From Eledone cirrhosa (lineage: Eukaryota): a stretch of DNA of 64,000 nt. Of the stretch, positions 52,765 through 64,000 are shown one piece after another. The stretch lies in the NCBI GenBank assembly GCA_964016885.1, contig OZ024750.1:8556001-8620000 (forward strand), in the 5' to 3' direction. A program made the translations under genes and the position numbers. How positions within the stretch are numbered: the stretch's first letter is position 1; each line of letters begins with the position of its first letter. The notes below the pieces were generated by a model that worked only from the letters and a program-made list of their open reading frames with translations, was not told where the DNA came from and did not search any database.

Positions 52765-52990
52765 ACAGACACAGTCACAGACACAGACACAGTCACAGAC
52801 ACAGTCACAGACACAGACACAGACACAGACACAGACACAGACACAGTCACAGACACAGTCACAGTCACAGTCACAGTCACAGACACAGTCACAGACACAG
52901 TCACAGACACAGTCACAGACACAGTCACAGACACAGTCACAGACACAGTCACAGACACAGTCACAGACACAGTCACAGACACAGACACAC
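52765..52990. repeat. (CACAGA/CACAGT) hexamer and 12-mer tandem repeat
   Basis: acagacacagtc units. Confidence 0.97.
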
Positions 52991-53049
52991 CACACATGCA
53001 TATACATGTACAAATATATGTATATATAAAGTTCTCTATGTATCTACAC

Positions 53050-55505
53050 ATATGTATGCATATATATATATATGTATGTATGCATATATATATATATGTA
53101 TGTATGCATATATATATATGTATGTATGCATATATGTATGTATGCATATATGTATGTATGCATATATGTATGTATGCATATATGTATGTATGCATATATA
53201 TATGTATGTATGCATATATATATGTATGTATGCATATATATATGTATGTATGCATATATATATGTATGTATGCATATATGTATGTATGTATGCATATATG
53301 TATGTATGTATGCATATATGTATGTATGTATGCATATATGTATGTATGTATGCATATATGTATGTATGCATATATGTATGTATGCATATATGTATGTATG
53401 TATGCATGTATGTATGTATGCATATATGTATGTATGTATGCATATATGTATGTATGCATATATGTATGTATGCATATATGTATGTATGCATATATGTATG
53501 TATGCATGTATGGATATATGTATGGATATATGTATGCATATGCATGTATGTATGTATGTATGTATGCATGCATGCATGTATGTATGTATGTATGTATGTA
53601 TGTATGTATGTATGTATGTATGTATGTATGTATGCATGTATGTATGTATGTATGTATGTATGTATGTATGTATGCATGTATATATGTATGTATGCATATA
53701 TATATGTATGTATGTATGCATATATATATGTATGTATGCATATATATATGTATGTATGCATATATATATGTATGTATGCATATATATATGTATGTATGCA
53801 TATATATATGTATGTATGCATATATATATGTATGTATGCATATATATATGTATGTATGCATATATATATGTATGTATGCATATATATATGTATGTATGCA
53901 TATATATATGTATGTATGCATATATGTATGTATGCATATATGTATGTATGCATATATATATGTATGCATATATATATGTATGCATATATATATGTATGCA
54001 TATATATATGTATGTATGTATGCATGTATGCATATATATATGTATGTATGTATGCATGTATGCATATATATATGTATGCATGTATGCATATATGTATGTA
54101 TGCATATATGTATGTATGCATATATATATATATGTATGTATGCATATATATATATATGTATGTATGCATATATATATATGTATGTATGCATATATATATA
54201 TGTATGTATGCATATATATATATGTATGTATGCATATATATATATGTATGTATGCATATATATATATGTATGTATGCATATATATATATGTATGTATGCA
54301 TATATATATATGTATGTATGCATATATATATATGTATGTATGCATATATATATATATGTATGTATGCATATATATATATGTATGTATGCATATATATATA
54401 TGTATGTATGCATATATATATATGTATGTATGCATATATATATATGTATGTATGCATATATATATATATATGTATGCATATATATATATATATGTATGCA
54501 TATATATATATATATGTATGCATATATATATATATATGTATGCATATATATATATATATGTATGCATGCATATATATATATATATGTATGCATGCATATA
54601 TATATATATATGTATGCATATATATATATATATATATGTATGCATATATATATATATATATATGTATGCATATATATATATATATATATGTATGCATATA
54701 TATATATATATATATGTATGCATATATATATATAATGTATGCATAAATATATATATATATATATGTATGCATAAATATATATATATATATATGTATGCAT
54801 AAATATATATATATATATATGTATGCATAAATATATATATATATATATGTATGCATAAATATATATATATATATATATGTATGCATAAATATATATATAT
54901 ATATATGTATGCATAAATATATATATATATATATGTATGCATAAATATATATATATATATATGTATGCATATATATATATATATATATGTATGCATATAT
55001 ATATATATATATATGTATGCATATATATATATATATATATGTATGCATATATATATATATATATGTATGCATATATATATATATATATATATTTATGCAT
55101 ACATATATATATATATATATGTATGCATATATATATATATATATATATTTATGCATACATATATATATATATATATTTATGCATACATATATATATATAT
55201 ATATTTATGCATACATATATATATATATATATTTATGCATACATATATATATATATATGCATACATATATATATATATATGCATACATATATATATATAT
55301 ATATATGTATGCATATATATATATATATATGTATGCATATATATATATATATATGTATGCATATATATATATATATATGTATGCATATATATATATATAT
55401 ATGTATGCATATATATATGTATGCATATATATGTTTATATATATATATATATATATGTATGCATATATATGTATGCATATATATGTATGCATATATATAT
55501 ATATT
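53050..55505. repeat. ~2.4-kb TATG/TGCA/TA compound satellite
   Basis: Units tatgtatgcatata(ta)n. This tract explains the 500-800 aa low-complexity ORFs. Confidence 0.98.
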
Positions 55506-55664
55506 TATTAGATACTGATTTCTATGCAGATGTCAATACATCCCAAGAAGAGATAATATCAAATGAAATGCTATTTACTCCTAATAGAACACAAAACCAA
55601 CGTTATAACTCACTCTTTAAATTGTTATTACTCTTTCTCTCCTCTCTAATTCTTTCATTATATG

Positions 55665-55935
55665 TGTGTGTTTCATTATATATATATTTGTTTTATTATA
55701 TACGTATAGTTACTCCTATAACACACTTTCTCTTCAAAGTCTCCTTATTAAAGTTTCTGTCCTCTTTGTTTCATTGTGTTTGTGTGTATGTGTGTTTCAT
55801 TATATATATATTTGTTTTATTATATACGTATAGTTACTCCTATAACACACTTTCTCTTCAAAGTCTCCTTATTAAAGTTTCTGTCCTCTTTGTTTCATTG
55901 TGTTTGTGTGTATGTGTGTTTCATTATATATATAT
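55665..55935. repeat. 124-bp tandem duplication
   Basis: tttcattatatatata recurs at 55671, 55795 and 55919 with apparently identical intervening sequence. Confidence 0.95.
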
Positions 55936-57115
55936 ATAATTTTACACAGACACACGCACGCGCATTTTTGACTTCTTTATTGAACGGGTTTTGGGAAGGC
56001 TGAACGTAATATTTTATTGGAGATCAGACTGGAGATTGAGAACTATAAAAAATATAAATACAATTAGGAATTAACAATATGTGCAGGTATTAATAGGTAT
56101 GAGTGTGTGTATGTATGTATGTATATATGTAGGTGCATAATTATCAAATTACAAAGAATATAATTAGCAACTGTTATATTCCTATATACAACACTCTCAT
56201 ATATGTATGCATGTATATATACTCATGTCGTGTGTGTGTGTGTATAGTATGGGACCTTGTGTGTGTGTGTGCGTGCATGCGCCTATGAATACATGTACAC
56301 GCATTTGTGTATATGTATATATATATATACCTGAGACTTTGATAAATTGATAGCAGAACGGCTATTAAAAGCTATCAGAGACAGAGAAAAGGTGGAAGAG
56401 TGGAGGAAAGAAAAAAGGAAGAGTGAGGTGAAAAGAATCATATAAGCTTATAACATGAAATACACGTTATAGAGAAGCTTATATTCTTGGTATGAAGCCA
56501 TCTTGTCTATAGTTATATATGATCTTATATAAAAATAACTGAAGTATACTAAAATAGGTAATTGCACCCAATACCCAATGTATAGACGCGTGTGTGTGTG
56601 TGTTTATATATATAGAGAGAGAGCTGTATATAACATGATACACACACACACGTGTGTGTGCGTGCGTGCGTGCGTGCGTGCGTTTTATTTAGTACGAATG
56701 GAAGGAGTTTTAAATTCTAAGACTAGTATTAGTTTGCGGAAAATGTTTTTGTTTTTTTTTGTGAATTCGTTTATCGTATTTTTGTAGGTGTAGTTTCTTA
56801 TTATTTGGAAGAGTTCTTATTGAAAGTTGGGTAAATGGGTGGTCATATAGTTATCCTGGATCTGATGTTGGGTCTTCCTCATTTTTGACACATTCCATCA
56901 CATTCTTTGAAGGAAGTCTCCAATCTTATATTTCTGGTAACCTGTCCTCGATGATACCGGAGCGGTTTTGAGGAAGAGTTTGATCGGCTCTTTATCAATC
57001 TTCTCTTTCAGCCAGTGTCATTTCAAGGTAAATTGTAGAAATAATACTGGTTATTGTGGCTTTTCAGAGAAAGATAACTTACTACACATATGCTGTAGTA
57101 ATTTAGGTATAGAAT

Positions 57116-57296
57116 ATAATTGTTTCTACTTTAGGCACAAAGCCAGCAAATTATCCAGTGCATTACTGGTACTTTATTTTATCGACCTCGTAAGGATGAA
57201 AGGCAAAGTTAACCTCGGCGGGATTTGAACTCAGGCCGTAAAGGGACGTAACTATGCTGGAAAGCATGGCGTCCGACTCTCTACCGATACTACCAA
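57116..57296 (-). mobile_element. Young near-full-length SINE family A
   Basis: Tail, core, B box and head as in 11941-12120. Confidence 0.92.
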
Positions 57297-57889
57297 AATA
57301 GTGCTCCATAGGTACTGATCTTTCATCTCCATGGGGCTTCTTTAAGCTGTGCTGGTTGTTAATAACAACAGTTGTGTATATTTGATTCGTTTGGTTTGAT
57401 CTCTATGTGATTAAATGAGAGAGAGAGAGATTGTGTGTGTGTGTGTGTTGGTATAAATCTCAGCAAACATGTGTGTCTGTACAGATACGGACCTGTACAC
57501 GTTCGAGTCCCTACACATACGAATGCACACACATACGCATGCGTACACATACACCGATAGGTATATATGAATACATGTTCGTGTCAGATGGTTCATTGGA
57601 AAATAGTAGTTGTATGGATAGATTTGTAGGTAGGGCGGTAGACAGATACGTGATCCGATGGGTAACCACCTGCACATATATACGTAAGTAATTGGATTTA
57701 TAGATATGGAGGTAAATGGCAGCGGATCAAAGGAGTCTAGGTATGCGTCTGTAGATTAACAGAAAAACAATTGACGCAGGGTCCAGGTAAATATATTTAT
57801 AAGTGTGAGGGGCTTGGTGGCAGGGAAATTTGAACAAGGCAAGTCGGTCTCTGTATGTACGTAAAGGTCAACAATAATAGGCACGTGGC

Positions 57890-58090
57890 CTAGTGGTAAG
57901 GGGATGGATAATATATTGGTCCGGAGAACGGCGAGGGAGAAGCTCTGGAACAGCCACTCCACAACGTGGGGATCAGACCTGCAGGTGGCCAACACTGCTC
58001 CGACAGCAGTGAGTAGGGTTGTTGTCTCGGGTAGGTTTAATGCCGGAAGTCCCCACTGCACAGAGAGCGGCCGATACTTGGGTAGTAATT
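57890..58090 (-). mobile_element. CRE-like non-LTR retrotransposon C-terminal remnant
   Basis: The ORF 57756-58127 contains LLTAVGAVLATCRSDPHVVEWLFQSFSLAVLRTNILSI, homologous to the 26430-26615 peptide. Confidence 0.6.
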
Positions 58091-58691
58091 CGACAAAGAT
58101 TTGGCTGCTGTTTTTATAGAGGTTCACTTATTTACCGGAATTGTTCCGTTTTATGTAATAAAAATTATATTGCAACACGTGTTCGAAATATTGCACGAAT
58201 CAGGTATTGAAAGAAAATTGGAGAAAAATAGTGACGCTTGCTAAAAATAAGACTGAGGTATTTCATATTCAATGAAATCAATGTATTATCTAATCTTTCA
58301 TATTTTGGTTCCATCGGTAATGAGTTATTTCCCTAGAATAAAGTTACGTTTAGAGTTATTTCCCTTCTATCACTTAACTGTCGTTTCGCATTAGAAGTTC
58401 GACCTTATTTCGAATTGAATTCGTAACCATTCTTCGAATTCTAGTTTAAATAAATGTTTAACCGATTTCATGAATTCTCGTAGAAAAATTAACATTATAA
58501 TTACAAGCAACTCTTTATTATAACAACCTTATTAATTAAAATGCGAAATTTTTATATATTTCGAATATAATCTCCAGCACAACACATAGAGCACGGTGAA
58601 ATTATTTGTATATTGGCTAATATGTGATACATAGGAAAATCGATAATGTGATTCATGTCTGCTAAAGAACTGTAACTATATGCCGCCGCTT

Positions 58692-58731
<40 letters not shown>

Positions 58732-60059
58732 TTTAATTTAAATACCAAAACACAGCCACTGTACTCACTATGTAACTATTATGTGTGTACTCTGAACATC
58801 GAGATGCAGTTTCACAACTGCAAACTTATTCTCATTGAGAGTGAGGGTCATGTCCGGAGATAACATCAGTGACATTAGTAAACTGTGTGTGTATATCTAT
58901 TTATATATAATTCTATGTATTAAAATGATATATAAAAGCAGGGAATACTTTCACAATGTATTACTAGACAAGACATTTATGGTGGTGACATGTGGAATAG
59001 ATATACTTGTATTTAATTATACTGTGTGGACTCTACACATGATGATGTCTTTCGATCACTGACCTAAGATGACCCTAGTCTCATCGAGCAAGAGCAAGAA
59101 GAATTTTCTTAGTTCGTTATAGTAAATAAGTTGATTGTTTATATTATAAGACTAAATATTTTCGAAGGCAATACACTGTTTGAAATAGATATTGAAGAAA
59201 ACATCTAACTTGTATATTAATAGAAATCTAGAGTAGTTTCCCTTAGGTTAGTGAGTTACATTTGAAATAAATTAAATCTAAATAAAATTTATATTAAGTC
59301 GCAGTTAGTTACATTTGAATTAAATTAAATTTAAATCAAATAAATTGATTTATACAATATCACAAATAAAATTAATAAATATAATTAGTAAACAAACGCA
59401 TCTAATAAAGCAAAGAGAGAAAATAAAGTGTGAAATTAGTTAAATATATACGGAGAGAGAGGGAGAGTGTGTGTGCAGGTCAACATAAGATTAAGACGTG
59501 TGTGGGTGTGTGCTTGGGGGGTGTGATTTCGGAACCCGTACGTGTACACACACATTCCCCTGTGTGTGTGTTCGTGATGGATTTTCTTAGTCAAATGATC
59601 AACTTTAAATGATTACTCGATATGTATTAAGTATTGTTAAAAAAATTATATTTATTATAGCTCATGAAGACTAGAATTAAACAAAGTTTATTATTGAGCT
59701 AAACGTTAGAGTAGTAAAGTAGATGATTATTCAATGTTGCTCGGTGACCTTTTGTTGAATGAAATAATCGTAATTTTGAATTAAATGTTTATTATCAAAT
59801 ACAATGTTTATATTACTTGTAATAAAGATAACTATTTCACAACAGTCCTTTGTCTGGAAAATAAGCCACTCGAAGAGGGAGAGTGTGTGTAAAAATGAGT
59901 GTGTCCTTATCTGCACTTTAGCTTTTGCCTTATAACGAGGTTTTTCAACAAACAGATCGATAATATAAGAGATATAATGAAGTAAACACTAGGATTAATT
60001 TGATCGATGAAGCAGTTTAAGAAGATGCTGCAGTAAGACTGAAAGTAGTGAGTGAATTA

Positions 60060-60107
<48 letters not shown>

Positions 60108-61339
60108 CATTTATTGTGTGTGTGTGTGTGTTATTTCATTTTCAAAACAGAGTTGTCTCATCTAGGCTAAATATATCTTGCTGCGTATCCTATGCAGTTT
60201 TGAGTGATTCTTCAAACGTTTGAACCAGACACTAATACTCACCACGAACTTTTCACTTTTAGCACGAGAATACTCTTTTCTCGTTAGTTTATTAAACTCA
60301 AATATCTCCTTTTGATGTCAAATAGTGAACACAGAAAATGACGCTGATGCAAGTCTTCCATCTACATGTTTGAAGATTAAAAAAAAACATTTTTTCTATT
60401 ACGTTGTTTCTATTCATTCCTTGTTATTTTCAATGCAGCTGTCTTAAACATTGAGCACAAGCATTAACCTTAAATATTTCCTGCTTTTTTTATGTCCATA
60501 AAATGCACAGTGCATTAACAGCCATCACAACGGGAATAAACCAACGAATTAATCTATGAAAAGCGAACATTTTAAACGAAGCAATACAAAGAAAAAAAAA
60601 TCAAAAACAAAACTGGTTAGTTTTGAATTTAGCTTGCTTCGTAAAGTCTGATGATCGGCTTCATTTAAAATGTATGCACTTAATGTTTTTGCACTTATTT
60701 AATTATTAGCTTCATTTAAACATTTCTGATTAACGCCATGTACATGAGAAAGGCAACTTATAAATAGAAAAATAAAAATGAAAAATATCGTCGCTCAATA
60801 TATTGAAGGATGCAGTGCTTACTTTAAATAGATTTCTATCGACCAAACAGACCATACTTTGCAAGTGTATTAATTAGTATTTGCTAAATACAGGTTTTGG
60901 TCTTTACTTAATGTATCACCTTTATTCTTTATTTTAAACGTTGCTGTACCTTAAAGAAGCCGTTAGACATAAAAAAAAAAAGTTGTTTTTCTGAAATGGC
61001 AAATTTGAAATGAAACTTTAGCCTAGTATTGATCAAATTAAATATGTATTTTTACAGTTCAAATGGGGGCTTGGTAGTGTTTATGTAGTTTGTTTCTATT
61101 AACATTGGTTTTATCTGTTGATTGAGTGGATATGTACATATATTCGTGTGTGCGTGTATGCACTTTAATTTGGATATATAACGAAGAAAATTTGCTACGA
61201 GGGAACGAAAATAAAAATGTAAACGGCTACAATTTTACGAAAATTCATATGCAGTTATCGCTTCAAACCATTTCAATCAATGTCCACACCACACACAGAC
61301 ACACTCTCCCTCTCTCTCCGTCTACATGTTTGTATTGAT

Positions 61340-61381
<42 letters not shown>

Positions 61382-61614
61382 TTGATAATTCAATTTCCTT
61401 TTTATTGTGTTGCAAAAGTCGAAAGATTATCGTGAAGCAATGTATGTAAGTTCGTGTTGCGGAAGTTAAAGACATGACATTGTTTAAAATGATGACATAA
61501 TAATCATGTCCTGTGGACAATTTCAATAGCTGTAATGATTTCAATATTTTCCGAGATCATTGATGATCGTGTTTAGTGAAAATAGTTGTAAGTCTGGCAA
61601 AGTTTAATGCGTGA

Positions 61615-61975
61615 TGGAATGTCTTATGCGGAATTTTCAAAGGAATAAACATTTAGTGTGGCGTAACTCGGAGTTCAGAGAGTCCCTCCTGGTAGAACCG
61701 CTACTTATCCGAATTGAGCGATCACAGTTCTGATACTATGGGAATATAGTTAGAATGTCCCAGGAAAGAATCGCTGGACAGATTCTATGGGCAAAACCAA
61801 ACGGCAAGAAACCCAGGGGTAGACCATGAGCAAGATAATATCCGTGAGCTTGTCACGCTTGGGGATACTACTGGATCAGTTGGAGACGGTTCCTTCTGAC
61901 AAGACCCGCTGGAAGGAGTGTTTGAGGACTCTTTCCCCACGACCCTCTCAGGAATAAGAGGGCGAACAAGAGTTA
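61615..61975 (+). mobile_element. RTE-clade LINE 3' remnant
   Basis: Translates RNSEFRESLLVEPLLIRIERSQF*YYGNIVRMSQERIAGQILWAKPNGKKPRGRP*AR, matching the RTE C-terminal VEPLL..IERSQLRW.GH..RM...G.RPRGRP..RW motif, with stops. Confidence 0.85.
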
Positions 61976-62403
61976 ACCATAAGCCGGTTTTTCATATCGT
62001 CCTCAGTCTTCAGCTTAATAGACAAACATAGAGGAATCGTAGATGTTTTTCGTTAGCTGCAGTGTTAACACCGTTCGAACATTCCGTGCTAGTCTCATCT
62101 TTTAAGTGATATATCAGAATGAATTATCAAGATTTCATTTGTTGTATATAGCAACGAATCCTCTGTATGGTCATTCAAAATTCAATAAGTATCAACTAAA
62201 CTAACCTCAGATTAGATCATATCGTCTTCAAAATGATAGGACGCATTGGAAAACCTGCAAGTTCTTGTCATTAATCGAAACCTTCCAGCGATTAGTTGAC
62301 ACAGTCTTTGAGTATTTTAAGTCATCTGCTAAAAAGGAGATTGGGATTCACTGTGCCTGAAAGAATATGAGATACTTTTATAGATTACACATCGTTGTGT
62401 TGC

Positions 62404-62520
62404 GAGGTGCATGGCTTACTGGTTAGGGTGTTTGTCTTACGATAATGAGATCGTGAATTGGATTTCTAGCGGCATGTTGCGCCGGCGAGCAAAGCTCTTT
62501 ATTTCACGAGGTTACGGTTA
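62404..62520 (+). mobile_element. SINE family C head and core, degraded
   Basis: ggtgcatggcttactggttagggtgtttg...gagcaaagctctttatttcacg. Confidence 0.6.
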
Positions 62521-64000
62521 ACACATTTAGAAAAAAAAGTTGTACCAGGAATTCACAGGGTCTGCTTTGTTAACGGTCCTTCACCCTGAATTACTTTGCG
62601 ATCTACATTAAAGATGCTAGTGGTGGCGATAATGATAGTGGTGATGGTAGTGGGGTTAGTGATGGTGACAGTGGAGTTGGTGGTGATGATGATGACGGTG
62701 AAGGTGCTGGTGATAGTTTGTTAAAATCTTCTGACACCGTTTCGTTGTATTGTTTTTATTTTTCGTTGTTTTTTCTCGATAAGCCATTGTACTTTACTTT
62801 GTTACTGTCAGGCATCCAAGTGAGTAGAGAATGTTAAATGTGATAGAATGGCAAACGTCCAAGAAAAATATTTATCTCTCAACAGCTCCTCCATACTATA
62901 AAAACTTTAATATCCTCCCAGTGTGTTTGTCTATCAGTTACTATGTAGTGATAATTTAGAAATGGAATCACGGTCTAATTACCAGATCAAATCTGATTGT
63001 ACATTAGTCGCACTACAGTAATTTGATAAATAACCTGATTGGATTTACATAGCTGAAGAAATACCTTATATATATATGTATGTGTATATGTATGTATATA
63101 TGTATGTATATATATGTCTGTATATTGACTACCGAAGTAGAAACACACACAGATACATCATACACATATATAGATACACTGCCCTCTCTCCTCTATGTGT
63201 GTGTGTGTATGTATGTATGTATATATATATATATATATATATGCATATATGTACATCGAATTGATAAAGCAAGTTTCATCGAGTTTTCATTTACACTAGG
63301 TAAACACTTAAACAATCATGTTCAAATATTTACATATTGTATTTACATTTGCAACCTTGTTTAACAGGTAACTGTTAAACTGTTGCATTGAAAGAAAATA
63401 GAAAATATAAAGTTTTGGTTATACATGCAATTTTATACATAGACATTTTTGAAAATAATAATCTATGAATTAATTTTTACATTAAGTATTCAATATATGC
63501 TTGTATTTTCCATAATTCAGAAATCATCTCCAGTAGTGGAAAAACATGGCATTGTTCAACATTTTATTGTATACCTACACATACAAAATCATCTTATTGT
63601 GAATTGTAAGCCTCCGGTAGATATTATTTTCAATGTAATTTCAATACAATATATTTGTAAATTACCTGACAACTTAACAACTGTCATCTTGTTACAATTG
63701 TGATTCTCATTATGGGTTTATGTACTGCAATCTTCAAAACAATAACATTAAAAAGATAGCATGAATATATATATATATGTATGTATATATATAATTGTCC
63801 TAATATATAACTGACCAATTTTGAATTTATTTGCTGTGTGACATTGATTAACCACGTTACTGTGAATCGGTATTAATTTCTGCAGAGCTGCCATCCTCTA
63901 AAATCCCAAAACGTGGGCGTACCATGTAAAACAGCCCCCAAAAGGGGAGAAATGATGTTAGAGCGACAGATTGGAAGAATTATTAGTGCGTCGTACAAAA

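Noticed and set aside
52595-55939. Very long ORFs (up to 793 aa) on both strands
   Set aside because: They are translations of TA/TG/TGCA satellites that lack stop codons by composition.
63981-64000. Possible mariner-like TIR start (tattagtgcgtcgtacaaaa)
   Set aside because: Cut by the window edge, with no partner visible.

Overview
AT-rich, microsatellite-dense eukaryotic (animal) non-coding DNA. The repeat content resembles a coleoid cephalopod (Octopus-like) genome; this is an inference from recognised repeat styles, not a database result. No complete protein-coding gene, rRNA, tRNA or CRISPR array is visible, and nearly all long ORFs in the track are translations of microsatellites. The window holds many tRNA-headed SINE copies (several young, with 18-19 bp TSDs), 3' remnants of several non-LTR clades (L1/Tx1-like, RTE, Vingi/Ingi-like, CRE-like, CR1/L2-like) and MITE-like DNA elements (TTAA- and TA-flanked). 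It also holds short (TA)n-embedded fold-back elements that carry hammerhead-ribozyme motifs, probably Penelope-like derivatives. One of these (25529-25581, minus strand) has a complete type I hammerhead fold. Other notable items are a SINE flanked by a ~240-bp direct duplication, a SINE 3' end resembling the local Tx1-like LINE 3' end, and two candidate minus-strand start-codon exons, both ending in phase 1, one encoding an MGCxxS acylation-type N-terminus.
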